Source of the DNA: Orbicella franksi
Lineage: Eukaryota
DNA length: 64,000 nucleotides
Direction: 5' to 3'
Assembly (NCBI GenBank): GCA_964199315.1
Contig: OZ116705.1
Coordinates: 28,582,001-28,646,000 of the forward strand
Shown here: one piece after another, positions 36,201-49,000 of the stretch
How the letters are laid out: each line of letters begins with the position of its first letter
Position numbering within the stretch: position 1 is the stretch's first letter
Notes under the pieces: generated by a model
Database searches by the model: none
The model's input: the letters and a program-made list of their open reading frames with translations, nothing else
Told to the model about the DNA's origin: nothing
Translations under genes and position numbers: made by a program

Positions 36201-37755
36201 ACCCAGTTGCACTATTTCCAAGGTAAGATTAAGAGCTCGCTCGGGGTTTCCTTTCTATATATAAAAAGATAGAAGACAAAATCATTCAAGTCAATATTAT
36301 TTTTCAAACCCTCGATTTTTCGAACCTCTCGAAAACTCGAATCAAAAGACGTTCCCCTGCCCTAGGTCGAACACTTTAATTTTATCCCCAATTTCTCGAA
36401 CCACCCTAATTTCACACCAATTTTCGTTTCAGTATTAATGATACCTGGGATGGCGCAGTAGTGAGAGCACTCGCCTCCCACCAATGTGGCCCGCGTTCGA
36501 TTCCGGCCCCGGTGCCATACGTGGGTTGAGTTTGTTGTTGGTTCTCGCCTTACTCCGAGGGTTTTTCTCCGGGTTCTCCGGTTCTTCGCCCTCCGAAAAA
36601 ACTAACATCTGCAAATTCCAATTCGACCAAGAAAGAGGCCCTGCATGAAAACCAGCTTAGGCTGATGTGTCTTCCTCTCTAAATATTGTAATTTATTGAT
36701 TTATTTATGAGTGCATCACTTTCTCATTGCCAACGAAAAACACTCAAAATTTTTAATTTCTAAATAATAATTCGTTAATGAGTTCTCTGCTGTCTGTTAC
36801 ACATTAAAGTCCAATTTATTCGCAGCTGTTTCTTGAATTGTTTTACAAGCTCCTGGAAATAATAGCTATAAATCCTCGAACAAAACAAATCTCTAGAGCC
36901 GTACTGAAATGCACATAACCAAATTACACGTTTTAAGTTGCGCAGTGTCCACACTACGCCGGAGGAATTTAAAAAAGCAGCTTTATTTCTACGGTTAGGC
37001 CTACCGTCCACACTAATCCGTCACCAAAACGGAGCTTTTCGAAAACGCTCTTCAAACCGAGGCAATATATGAAAGTGCCAGCTTTTCATTTTCGTGTGGA
37101 CGGAACTGAACATTTCGAAAACGGAGCTTTTCGCAAACGATGACGTCATAATAACCGTGTGATTTCCCTGCCCTCGTTTTTTGCGGTGTGGACGGAAAAC
37201 ATTTGATGCGTTCTCAGAGTGAAGCCTCCGTTTTCAAATTCTCACTCGGGTGTAATGTGGACGAGGCCCCTAATTTTTTGTTTGCGTAACGTTTAATTGA
37301 GAATCAAAGCAGCAAAGTCTGATTTTCTTACTATATATTCGATCCAAGCCAAGTACTCTAACACTTCTGTGCGATTAGCTACTCCGTCGTGTCTTCCTTG
37401 TCGTATCAGATCATCCGCCATGTTCAGCCAGGCCCTGGCCAGTCCATATCTCCCGGACTGGTAAGCTACTGTCCCCATATCAAAACAGTCTTCAGCCAAT
37501 AGCTTTGGAGCCGCTCCACATCCTAAGCAGGCATTATATATTTTTTTTAACATACATGTATACTCAAAACGCATCTTGATCACAAACGCTCAACAATATA
37601 AATGTTTTGAATTTGTACAGTACGACCCAGTAAATGACAGGGACACATATAAACGAAGTTAGGATGAATAATAATGGACAGCAAGGAATGGTATTATAAT
37701 ATACGGACGAATTATGAAGACAGCTACGAAATTATATGCTTTTCGTAACAAAATG

Positions 37756-37786
<31 letters not shown>

Positions 37787-40700
37787 TATTTAACTGTTGG
37801 CAACGTTTTTTTAAATGACTTGTCCTTTCATCGGTCAAAAATTAAGAGACAAGTCTGGAGTATTCAGCAATTTATAATTAACAGACCGATAACATATCCA
37901 AGTATTTTCGCTTTTGAGAATAGACAGTTTCTCTTCAATCTTTGTACCATTTTACCTTCAACTAAAATACATTGTTTTCTTTAAGGGTTCGATGCTCCTT
38001 TCTCTTGCTACATGCAGAAACTATTTAATACAACTATTTACACCATGCCATAGAAAATACAGCCAATCAGAATACAAGAAAGCCGTTGTATATTCAACGG
38101 TATTATTAGTTCGTGTGAGTATATGATCTATCTATAGAACGCGACTTTCCCACTCCAGCCCTGTCGAGCTCATTTTCTCTCAGTTAGAGGTCGTTCTGCC
38201 TAAACTCGTTCCCAGATCTCTCGTAAGCGCCCACAAGAGACCTGGGTACGTTCTGCCATTTCTTTCCACATCAGAACCATTTTTATGGGCAAAAAGACTG
38301 TTTTCAATTACTCATGATCACTGACAAATGTCGTTTTGTTTTTGGTTTCCTTTGCTCACCTGGAATATCATTATTCACCATGTCAGGAGTAGATATGTCG
38401 TATGTGTCTTGGAGCCGAAAGAGTGCGGCCATGGCTCCTATCAAGTCCTCATTGGAGGTTGGAAACTGCCATTTGTTTGACTTCAATAGATCTTTCAAAT
38501 CTACGGAAACAGAAGACAAGATTCAAACAAAAACATTTGGTTATAACATAACTAAAGCAAAGCGCGCGCTCTGATTGGTTAATTTAGCGTCTACTATTTG
38601 CCCATGGGTGTACGCTGCTGACGTGTGTGCTAACGTTTACAAAGCAAATCCTTTGACAGACATTGTTTCCAAAGTAATGGCCGACGTTCTTTTGCCAGAA
38701 ATGCGAAACTGTCTTCACAGTAGTCTGAAGATGAAACTTTATCGAGTTACTGGTGTGCAGTCGGTTGTCATGAATGAATTTTCGCGCGCTTGTTTTCTCT
38801 TGTCATGTAGGACTACACGAACATTTTTTTGTGATGTAGCTCAATAAAAGGGCTTCTGTTGTTCCAGTGTCTCAATGTTATGTTATAAAACAAATGGTAA
38901 ACGCCATAGCGTGCACTATTGAGTTAGGGATGCACTTGGGAGGTTTGCTAAGCACTCAAGAAGCTAGAGTCGCACTCGGCATCGCCTCGTGCGACTCTTA
39001 CGCTTCTTTCGTGCTTTGCAACCTCCCGCGTGCATCCATAACTCAATAGTACACGCTATGGCGTTTCCCATTTGTTAATTCTCTCAAACTTACTTCCGAA
39101 GACTCTTACGTTTATTCAAGACTTCCGTCAATATCCAATGACGACCGAAGCCTTCCGAAGATTACTGACGATTACCCGGAGACTTGTAAAGATTTGCAGG
39201 ACGTTTGAAGATATTTAGACAGAAAGTGGTTGGAAAGAGACCGGAAAGTTAACACATTTTTTTGATGGCCTCTCGAAAATTGCGGAATCAGTCATCCAAT
39301 ATCTTTATCAGCAGACTAAGTAATCGCATATTTTCTTACAATATATATTTTCTTAACAATATATTATGCTGTAATTTTAGTTTATAAACTTTTAATCTGG
39401 TAATGAATCTTTTGTATAAACGTAGGACTAACAGACCGAATTATGAGCATAAATGTGTCAACTGTCGTTCCCAATAGGCCAAGTTCGATAATTCTAACAT
39501 GGCTTCGAGGTTAGGACAAACCTCTATATTTGGTGTTGTTTTCTTTGTATCCAAGTCTCTTTTAGAAATTGAGAGACAAAAGAAATTTTAAAAATTTACA
39601 ATTTTGACCCGAAAGCCTCGGAGCCACGTTAGAATATTGATATATTCGCTCCGATCCGTTTCTCCAGACCAGGGACAGGGAAGTGCAAGGGATCTGGCAA
39701 CGAGTTTTGTCGTAGACATCTTAAAACATCCTGAGCTTGCCGAATCCTCCATTAAAAAAAAAATGTGCAGCTTAAAATCACTCTTGCTACTCAAATTTCT
39801 AGACGGCACAACTATAATCATAGTCACATTAGCCTGAGAAAGATGACGTATTTCCGGCTTTCGATTGTCTCCCGCAGAAAATATTTTCGGCGGAGACTTG
39901 AGGCTGGACAGCCGGAAACACGTCTGAGGTCGCAGCCATAGTCACATGGGACAATGCCTATTTTTCCCGCGTTTTCCGGCGGCGTGTTGCATGTTTTCGC
40001 TGTGATTTCTGATTGGTCCAATGCATGATTGACGTTTGCTGTAAACAACTAAACTTCCAAGGTGACTTTGATATCGGTTTTGCAGCAGTCATTAGGCCCC
40101 ACCAATCGGTTTTAAAATTGCATTGTTGAACTCGAGTGGAGATTATATTGACGAGGTTGATGCATTTAGTGTAATTCATAGAAAATACGACATGAAATAT
40201 TATCTAAACTTCAAAGAAAAAACCCTAGAATATAACTGGATTATTTTTTTTTATATTGATACTCAATTGTCCATACTTTTGTTTTCAGCGTTGCAATGTT
40301 ATTAGAATTTACAGGACTGATAAGTGTTGCAAATGTTCAGCTCGTGAAAAGCCATTTTACAATTTTTATGAAATATAAGATTGAAAATCGAGAAATGAAT
40401 ACAAATCTTGAAAAACCTAGCAGCGTGTAATAAAACAAGTATAGAAATCTAGTGATCATTAACGATGTTAATGAACGAAATAAAGAAACTTACCGTTCGA
40501 ATAATCCTTGTCCAAAAATTTGCCAAGCTCGCTCCATCCGTTCGCAAATCTTTTGATAAGAGCATAAGTTGTGGTTGGATTTTCTAGAGATTTCAATCCC
40601 TCTATCTTCACCCGATTCGTCGCTTCTTTGACGCTATCAGCAAACTGCTTGATCTGTTGCAATCTTTTCTTTTCTAACTCGACAAATTTCTCGAGGCTTT

Positions 40701-40839
40701 CTCCAAGTTTCATTTCCAAGTTTACAACTTGTGTCATCTCTGCGATAGACGTGTAACTATCTCCTTTAGCGAAGAATTTTCGACGAAAACTTCGACAGAA
40801 AGCCAGGAAGAGAATTACACACAGCCATCGAGTGCCCAT
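30295..40839 (-). CDS. P4HA: Prolyl 4-hydroxylase alpha subunit, paralog 1 (13 exons, 529 aa)
   Basis: Exons 40839-40494, 38500-38360, 37522-37332, 36254-36203, 36100-35934, 35301-35131, 34264-34194, 33034-32935, 32678-32628, 31923-31861, 31494-31426, 31317-31221 and 30365-30295 are GT-AG, total 1590 nt and in frame. There is a hydrophobic N-terminus plus RLQDTY, LCRG, YRVSKSAWL, HxD (EFHLD), distal His (TEHAACPV) and 2-OG Lys (GNKWVANKW). Vertebrate subtype cannot be assigned. Confidence 0.95.
32142..32334. mobile_element. MITE copy 2 (see 7665-7825), inserted into another repeat
   Basis: AATAGGCCATATTCGTATTC / GGATACGAATATAGTCAATT ends interrupt a GCAGTTTTCAAT|TGAGTGTCG sequence related to the 61790-62050 repeat. 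Confidence 0.65.
33510..33826. mobile_element. Harbinger-like MITE family, copy 2 (opposite orientation to copies 1 and 3)
   Basis: Contains GATTAGTGTGGAC..GGTAGGCCTAACCGTAGAA, the reverse complement of the copy 1 and copy 3 core. Confidence 0.75.
33934..34131. mobile_element. TAGCCTGCG-ended MITE with a perfect 9-bp TSD
   Basis: TIR TAGCCTGCG / CGCAGGATA; ACTCTCTCA at 33925-33933 and 34132-34140. Confidence 0.8.
35025..35098. mobile_element. 74-bp micro-MITE
   Basis: TIR CAATCTTGTTCCCAGG / CCTGGGAACGAGGTTG; flanks TTACTTTCC / ATACTTTCC (8 of 9 TSD bases match). Confidence 0.7.
36447..36708 (+). mobile_element. tRNA-derived SINE with a V-domain-like central motif
   Basis: A-box TGGCGCAGTAGTGAG, B-box GTTCGATTCC, central TTTTCTCCGGGTTCTCCGGTT, and an (ATTT)n-like tail. 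Confidence 0.75.
36940..37272. mobile_element. Harbinger-like MITE family, copy 3
   Basis: Same core as 22114-22490; ends GTGGACGAGGCCCC followed by TAA. Confidence 0.75.
38889..39076. repeat. Palindrome with arms of about 85 bp in intron 1 of P4HA(-)
   Basis: AACAAATGGTAAACGCCATAGCGTGCACTATTGAGTTA..AGAGTCGCAC / GTGCGACTCT..TAACTCAATAGTACACGCTATGGCGTTTCCCATTTGTT. Confidence 0.85.
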
Positions 40840-41631
40840 TTTGTCACCAGCAAGGTCTTACTGATTCAGGCTCGATACATGTGACCGATGAGTTTGCGCT
40901 AGCGAATTCTGAGAGGGGAAGTTTTCAAACTATTAATAATTAATCGTGAACATTTCTATACTATATTTGAAAGCAGATGGGATCTGCGCTATGTTTAGAA
41001 TATAATTCTTCGATGGTTTTTAAATGGAAAGTAGTCAATATCAAGATGTAAAGTAGGAATTGGTCGCTGAAATATATTTTCCAGAATATATCACTGATTC
41101 TTTTAAACAGTGTTTGGTCGAGCCATGTGAGTGTAGTTGCGGTGAAGTTCTCAAATAGATTTTTTTTTTCTGTGGCGCAAGTTGTTTACGGGTGTTACAC
41201 TGGTTTTTCTATTGTTTCAAAGACAGGCCGTGGTACTGATTCTCTTGTTAGACCCCTAGTAAACTTTAAGCGAAACGTTCAGGCAGTTGTGTAAAGACAA
41301 CATCGGAAGAATTGATTTAACTAATGGATTTATCCAGCTAAGCCAATTTTGTGTGGCAAACTTTATTTTCAATACCAGCTGGAACTGATCGAAAAGGCTC
41401 TTCAAAGGCCAGCTGATACCAGCTGAAGGCCAAGTGCTTCAAAATCGTAGCTAGGGTGAAGAGGGATGTTGCGATATGATGTCTGCCAATCTTAATGAAA
41501 CTGTCTTACGTGTCTTCCCTTTTTCTCAAACTATCATGCTTCAGAAAGGCAAATATTACCATCAGATCAAAACACTTACAGGTTAGAAATACAGATATAT
41601 ATAATAATAACTTTGCTTTGGCCTTTCCTTA

Positions 41632-41860
41632 AATACAGGCTGTCTCTTTTAGAATGTAGGTGGTTATTTTGGCCTTTTTTGGAATATAGGCTATTTCGCC
41701 TTCAGTTTTAGAATATAGGCTAGCCGTATTTGTTTTTAGAATATGGGCTATTTTGGCCATTGTTTAGAATATTGATTGTTTTGCTTTTTGGGATATAGGC
41801 CTAGCTTTTTTTAAAAGGCAAAAGTTGTTTGGCTTTTTTTTAGAATAAAAGGCTGGAACT
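41632..41860. repeat. Degenerate minisatellite (about 28-30 bp unit, TTTAGAATATAGGCTATTTTGGCC-like)
   Basis: About 7 imperfect units between the two P4HA start codons. Confidence 0.6.
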
Positions 41861-41869
41861 CGAATATAA

Positions 41870-41989
41870 AGCCTGGTTCACACTTGTGAGATAAGCTCAG
41901 GCATAAGCACGAGGATGTTCACACTAGTATTTTCCTGTGCTTAGGCTTGTGCTTATACCTTTGCTTATCCGACAAGTGTGAACCAGGCT
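41870..41989. mobile_element. Small Harbinger-like MITE
   Basis: TIR AGCCTGGTTCACACTTGT / ACAAGTGTGAACCAGGCT (18 bp, perfect). Confidence 0.75.
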
Positions 41990-43054
41990 CAAGGCTTCTT
42001 GCAGGAAGGTGGGGAAGGGGAAGGCTTGATGCTTAGTTCAGTACAGTCTGTATTTATTTATTAAAACCAAACTGGATACTGATAGCAGCTTCGAGGTTAT
42101 AGCAGTTTTACTGAGAATATTTACCCCGGGCGGTGGGAGGTCTGCAAATGTTTGTTGAGGCTGTGAAGCTGGGGCTGTGAAGCGACTTACCCTACATCAG
42201 ACCATGTTCAAATAAAAACACACACACAAAAAAAAACATAAAAACACGCACCAATGTAAAATCTTCCATTGTACCTAAAGAAGGCTGGTTTGGCCAGCCG
42301 AAATATAGTACACCTTCAAAAATCATTCTACGTTGTATCGGTTTTTGCTTTCAGTATTCTTCATGTTCAAATGCATTTTGTGTGAATTATTCCTTCCTAG
42401 TCTAGAGTAAATTTTTTTTGTGCCACTGAATCAGTTTCCCGGTATTGAGCTTATAACGTATTGTAGACCAAATCTCTCCCATGGCAGACCTCACAGCAAC
42501 ACATCCCAGTGTACCCCACTCCGAGGGTTCGAGGGAAAACTAGGTAGAGTGTTATATGACGTAGTAAGTGCAACGAGCTCCGCTCTCCACGAGTAATATG
42601 TGTCACTGCTTTGCTGAGACGCTTTCCAAAAAGTATTTGAAGTATTTTATTTCCACTACTTCAACGTGCAGTTTGCCATGTTTCCTTCCAGCTTCAATGA
42701 AATGAATAATTGATTGTTTTCATGAATGAATCGATTCATCCACTTTTTGGCAGGTTTTCCATTCCTGTGTCACGCTGGTTGTAAGAATTACTTCTGTGCC
42801 TTAGGACCAAGCGACATTTCCACGAGGGCTTTCGCTCTTCAAAACACCATTATTCTAGCTTAAGCACTAATTTGCAATTGTAATGAGTAGGAGACAACAA
42901 AATGGCGTTGGTCTAGACGTCATTATGAAAATTAGCAATGTTTGTTTGTTTTTTTATGAGATGAATATTCAAATTCTCAATAGTACATGTCTTCCTTGTC
43001 TAGGACCTCACAGAACTTCGTTCATTTTACTTGCGTGTGGCGCGGGTCTGCAAA

Positions 43055-46000
43055 ATGGCGGAGATGTTCTGCGCTAGATTTTCCCTATTAACACTGACTT
43101 TTTACCTGATTTTGAGTAGAACTCAAGGTGAAGTGTTCACGGCCTTAATCGATCTAGAGAACCTAGTGTACAGAGAACGTGAATTGAGGTTCACTTTAGA
43201 AGAGTATGTCAATTTAGAGGAACAGAGGCTGACCAAACTCAAGAAGTTTCTCGCTAAAGTGAACGCCGCGCATAAGGTTGTGGGAGAGGATGTATCAAGA
43301 TATTTAGGACATCCCGTAAACTCTTATCTCGAAATTAGGAGGATGTACAAGGAATGGCCCGAAGCAGAAAGACTAGTTCAGCTAGACAATTCTGAGGGTA
43401 AGTTTAGTTTTTCAGGGAGATTTTCATATAAGTTTGGTTGCATTTTATCGAGGTGATGAATTCAATAACAACTCGTTTTAATTTGTCTCGCCGATTAATT
43501 TCTCTCAGTTATAAAATTGGAGAGCAGCTACCCACGTAAGCTTGTTTGCCTTAAATTATATCGATATTGTTATGGAGATCTGATTTAATTTTATTTTAAT
43601 TCACGTTTGTGATGAGGACTTCAATTTAAGCTATTATATGCAATCAATTTTACACTCTCGAGAGTGCGTAATCTTACGACTAAAGACTAATACGAGAAAA
43701 TTTTTGAACACCATGCTTATTTATTCCCTTAGTATTAATTTTGGCTGACGTGTCAGTCACTGATTTAATCCAATTCTAATTGACATAGCTTGATGAGTTG
43801 TCATTATTGTCTTAATTTATGCATGAACATTTTTTAATGACGGTTTTCCCGTTAGAACTGCATCTTGGTAATATTCTTGAGATTAGGCTATTTTACTCAA
43901 TTTGAAACTGAAATATTATAGAATCTGTAGAATCTGGTACTTAAACAGAAAATTATTCAATCCCCTACGATGATACTCAGATACACAGGGGCCGGGCTCC
44001 AGGCAAATTGACCGGCTGTGAGAATGATTTTGCCTGCCTGATTTGACTATCTAAAGGAAACTTTTCTTACACAGACGTTCAGTTCAAAACGGTTTGCCTG
44101 CCTGTGAAAGGCAGTTGCCCTCTTGCTGAAAATGTTTATGAAACCCCTGATACACAGATCAAAACTAGCTAGAACTGACCAATCACTGTTGACAGACCAT
44201 TGACAGTCAGCGATCACATCAAAACTAACCAATCAGTTCCAACAGACAAGACTTATCATTGACTGACAAACTAAAGTCTTTGTTCACTTTATCCAGATAT
44301 GGTTTCTGCTCAGATTGGAGCAAATTTTGTGATCATCCAAAGTCATTTTCAGGATTACCTTCACATGGATGATTGTAATAAAATTTACATAAATTTGAAC
44401 TGCAACCTTCCTTAGCTTATGATTTATAGTTTATTTTTTCTCATAAGTAACGCATTAATACTTCACAATTTTATTGCGAGGAGAATTAAGTTCGCAGATC
44501 ATCATATCACATGCTTTTGTCTGGCAGCTGTGAGTGATGCTATTACCAAGCATAAAGAAGCATTTCCAGGAAAAGAAGACTTTGACGGAGCAATCACGGC
44601 ACTTCTGCGACTTCAGGACACATACCAACTTCAACCTTCGTCATTTGCTCTTGGAAAATTACCTGGGTCAGTGCAGTCACCTAAAATGACAGTGGGTGAA
44701 GTTTATGATGTGGGACGACATGCATATCTCAACAGTGACATGTTTTACACGAAGACCTGGATGGAGGAAGCTTTGAAACAGTACAACAAACAGAATGAGA
44801 CTGAAGATGTCCGTCTGTTTGATGTGTATGATCACTTGGCATTTTCTGAGTACAAAGTGAGGAACATTGAACTATACTTATTTATTTTGTAGCTGTAAAA
44901 TGTTTCCTTGTTTACCATAAACTTGTAAAAACAAACGTAAAGAGTTAGTGGAACTAGTATCTATGGTTGCTATCTATTCCTTATAATGTTTATATCTGGT
45001 TTTATGTCGACATCCCTCATGATCAAGAATCAAGCATTTAAATCTTAAACCTTAACCATCCTAAGAACTTTTTCATAGGATTTCTGCTGTGGCAATTAAG
45101 GGCAGCTATTTTCCTACATGTAAATGTCAGGTTTCAAAATTCTCCACATTTGTCTTTATATTAACATAATAGGTGTTAGACAGTGGCATGAAGATATGAA
45201 TTATATTTTCCAGTTGTAAAACACAATACTTTACGAACAGGTGCAGCAAGTGAGTAAAATATTGCTTTTAACATGAGAAAATATGTCTAATTCATATCTT
45301 CAAGCCACTGTAATTTTCTTTTTATTACATAGACAAAGTGACTGTTTGCACAAGCAAATTCATGAAAAAGTGGGAAGTGACATCATCAATATCCTTACTA
45401 GTGGGGACATATATAATATTCGGCACTTGGTTCCTGGATACATGTAGTTTAGTATGAATTTTATGAGTGTATTTTCTAGTAGACATGTCTCTATAATACT
45501 AAGATTATGGTACTTAAAAATGATCTCCAGTCCGTACTGTGCAGTCTCAGCACCCTAATGTTTATAAACATGAAAATTCTCACTCGATGGAATGCAAATT
45601 GAAGTTATTCGTTATGAGCCACATACCTTATCTTTGAGGCTTTTCAAATTCTTTTTCCAACTGCTTCATTGATTTTTACAGCTGTTAAGTTGTTTCGTCA
45701 AGTGATATCATGTAAGTAGTTGCAAAAAGTTCACATTTTGTGATGTCATACATGAAACAAAACAAAAAATGTAAACATACTCTTGCGAGTGTGCAGTACC
45801 AACTGGAAATCATCTTTAATAGTAGATAAAAATGAATAAATTAAGTAAGTAATAAATAAAGGTAGTTAATACCTCAAGTCAGTTAATCAGCTTCAGTTGA
45901 TTATCAAGTAACAACCTAAACAGAGATATACATCTGTGTTTTGCATGAGGCTAAGTGCGTACATGTACTATCTTAGCTGTGGCATGATCAAAAAATATAT

Positions 46001-49000
46001 CATTTCCTGACTGGTTCTTTTGTTTACATTGCAGCGGGGCAACTTTAGAAAAGCATTGGAGTACTCTAACAAGATGGTAGAAATTGGTAAGTAAAAAAAT
46101 TAAGGTTGTTTGTATATGTTCTGTTGGTCATTGACACATTATTTAAAACAATTTCAATGTAAAATGGACAATTCACGAATGGCATAAATTTTTTCACATC
46201 TGATACTTTTTTAGTAGTTTCTTGCATGACCTTGCACATCAGTGATACAAAATGAAACCGGCAAAGCCTGTTGAAAGCAAAGAACAGGAAAGAATAGAGT
46301 GCAGAACCCTTTTCTTGAATCCTATTCCAAGGCTTTTTGAGAAGTCTTTCATCAGCTGAAGAAATTTTTTTTTCCCTTTACTGATAATGCTTCATGTTTT
46401 ACTATACAGTTGAGCCCTGCAATCTTGATTAAGGGAAACAAAAAATAGTTCGAGATGTTGGGGGTTTGAGATAGTAAGTGACTAAAAGTACGTATAACCA
46501 AGGGAAAATGATTTCAGTTTGAGTAAGCGGGAGGTTCAACCAACTTAATTAGAGATTGCAAGTTTCTTTTAAGGTTTGTTCTGCAATAGAGTCATGGCAG
46601 ATTCTGTTACAAATAACCATTACCAAATTCCCTGAACATTGCAATTTGCTCACTCCCTCCAAAAAAACACTCAACAACTTCATCTTAGAGTACTAGGAAC
46701 ATTTAATTTTTGTGCAGGAGTGGAGATAAAGACTGCATACAAGCCAAGTGGCCCATCACGCCAGCTGTTATCCTAGTTTCTGTAGAATGAAGTGACTAGG
46801 ATTATTTCTATTCCTTCCTGGATGGGATGCTGGTCCATCGCAGTGTTACCCCTGGCAGCATTAAATTTGCTGGTACCCATTTATACACCTGGGTGGAAAG
46901 AGGCACTGTGAGAGTTAAGCGTCTTTCCCAAGAACACAACGCAATGTCGTCGGCCAGGGCTCAAACCCAGACTGCTTGCTCAGGAGTTGAGCACACTAAC
47001 CATGAGGCCAACGCGTCTCCTTCGAGAGTAGAGATATTCGGTCATAATTTAAATAAACAAAAATGCAGCCAAATCCCTTCTAAGGGGGTGAGTAGGGAGT
47101 CATGGTCAAATACAAGACTCAAAAGTGGCAGATTTACATTTCCCGTGCTGATTTCTAACTTAGATTTTCTATTTTGTAGATCCCACACATGAAAGAGCTC
47201 AAGGAAATGTTGAATACTTTGGGGAAGAAGTTAAGATGTACAAGCAGACTGGTCGCAGAGGTGATACTGGAATTATCACTGATACGAAAGTGAAACCAAG
47301 GAGTGAGCGAGCTGACTGGCATCAAACATCTTCCTTCCAAAACTACGAAAGGCTGTGCAGAGGGGAAGTCAGAAATTTGGTGAGTAGATTGCACAATTGG
47401 TACCCAAGTTTGAGTGTGAGCTGAGCTTAATTTCAATTCAGGTTGGTCCAAATCCTAGTTTCTTTTAATTTACGTTTCACAATATTAATTACCCCTTCAA
47501 CAAAAATGTCAGTTTCATAACCACTGTCTAACCTCTATTAAGCAGCGACCTATGAAGCAGCCACCCTTTATTAAGTGACCAGTTATTTAAGTCCCAAAAT
47601 GACTGTCAGTAAAATACTGTAAATAAAACCCCTATTAACCGGTCACCTCTATTAAGCGGCTGCAGCCACTTTTTGGTCATCCTGATGAAGGTTTTTCCAT
47701 TGTCTTTACCCCTATTAAACAGCCACCCAAAATTTGCTACAGGTAAATTAACTTTGTTTTGGAAAAGGCAATGGTAGAAAAGAGTCTGAAAGAGAAGGTG
47801 ATGAGTGATAAAAACATTCAAACACATGTTTATCATAATTGTCTTGAAGTGACTCCATGTTCACTAAGAAATTAACCGAAAATAGGCAAACCCCTATTAA
47901 GCAGCCAACCCCTATTAAGCGGCCACCTCCCATTTCCCCTAGGGTGGCCGCTTAGTAGGGATTCGACTGTATTTCCTCTTGTCCATGTGTCTGTTCAATC
48001 ACATGTCATATCATTTTGAAATTTTTTTACAGACTGCATGGGAACAGAGTAAAATGACGTGTTGGTACCACAGTGCTACACCAAGATTAAAAATCAGGCC
48101 TGCAAAATTTGAACGAGTGTTTGTCAAACCCGAGATACTTATTATGCGGAACATTTTATCAGAGTCAGAGATGAACAAAATAAAGGAACTGGCTGCGCCA
48201 AGGGTAATGTAACTCTTTCTTGTTCTCGTCTATAAAACTCCCATAACGTAAGGCCCTGTGCACACTACACGAGAGGAATTTGAAAATGGAGGTTTCGCTC
48301 TGGAAACCCAGCAGATGTTTTCGTCCACACTACACAAATGCAACAATAACCAGTCATTCTGGATTCGTGGTTGAGGAAAACTTGGGCAGGGAAATCACAT
48401 TTATTATCACGATGACATCATTTTTGAAAAGCTCTGTTTTCAAAATGTTTTCTGTCCATACGAGAATGAAAAATTGGCGTTTTTAAATTTCTCCGGTTTG
48501 AAGAGTGTTGTCAAAAAGGTCTGTTTTTGTGATGGATTAGTGTGGATGGTATAGGCCTAACTGTAGAAAGAAAGCTCCATTTTCAAATTTCTCTAGCATA
48601 GTGTGGACGGGGTCAAGCTCTGAAAATTATGCGTTTACTTTCCCCCTTTCATTATTTATACCTGAAAGTGGGTGTAGTTTCACCTGGATACATGTATATG
48701 TCTTTTTCCATTTTTACGTTTTTGTGAGATTTATTTTCATAAATTGTGGAATTTAAGTAAAATGTTATCGGCAAGCTGACATTTTTTTCTATCTGCTGTT
48801 GCTGCTGCTGCGTTATGAACCACAAGAATTGCTTCATTGCTTTGTCTGGTTTTCGACATTCAAGCTTGTTAAACCAGGGTTGCTGACAGCCTTAATTTCT
48901 TAATTAAGCTTTGCAGACCATACTCTCTGATTGAAAAATGAATTGGAAAAAATGCACTTCAACAATAAAGATCATGTACTCTGCACACTATTGTTTTGAA

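Noticed and set aside
36447-36520. Functional tRNA gene
   Set aside because: It is the head of a SINE with a central conserved motif and an (ATTT)n tail, and has no complete cloverleaf.
44299-44375. Possible phase-1 cassette exon in intron 1 of P4HA(+)
   Set aside because: The donor is weak (ATT|GTAATA) and the peptide shows no convincing similarity to P4HA exons.
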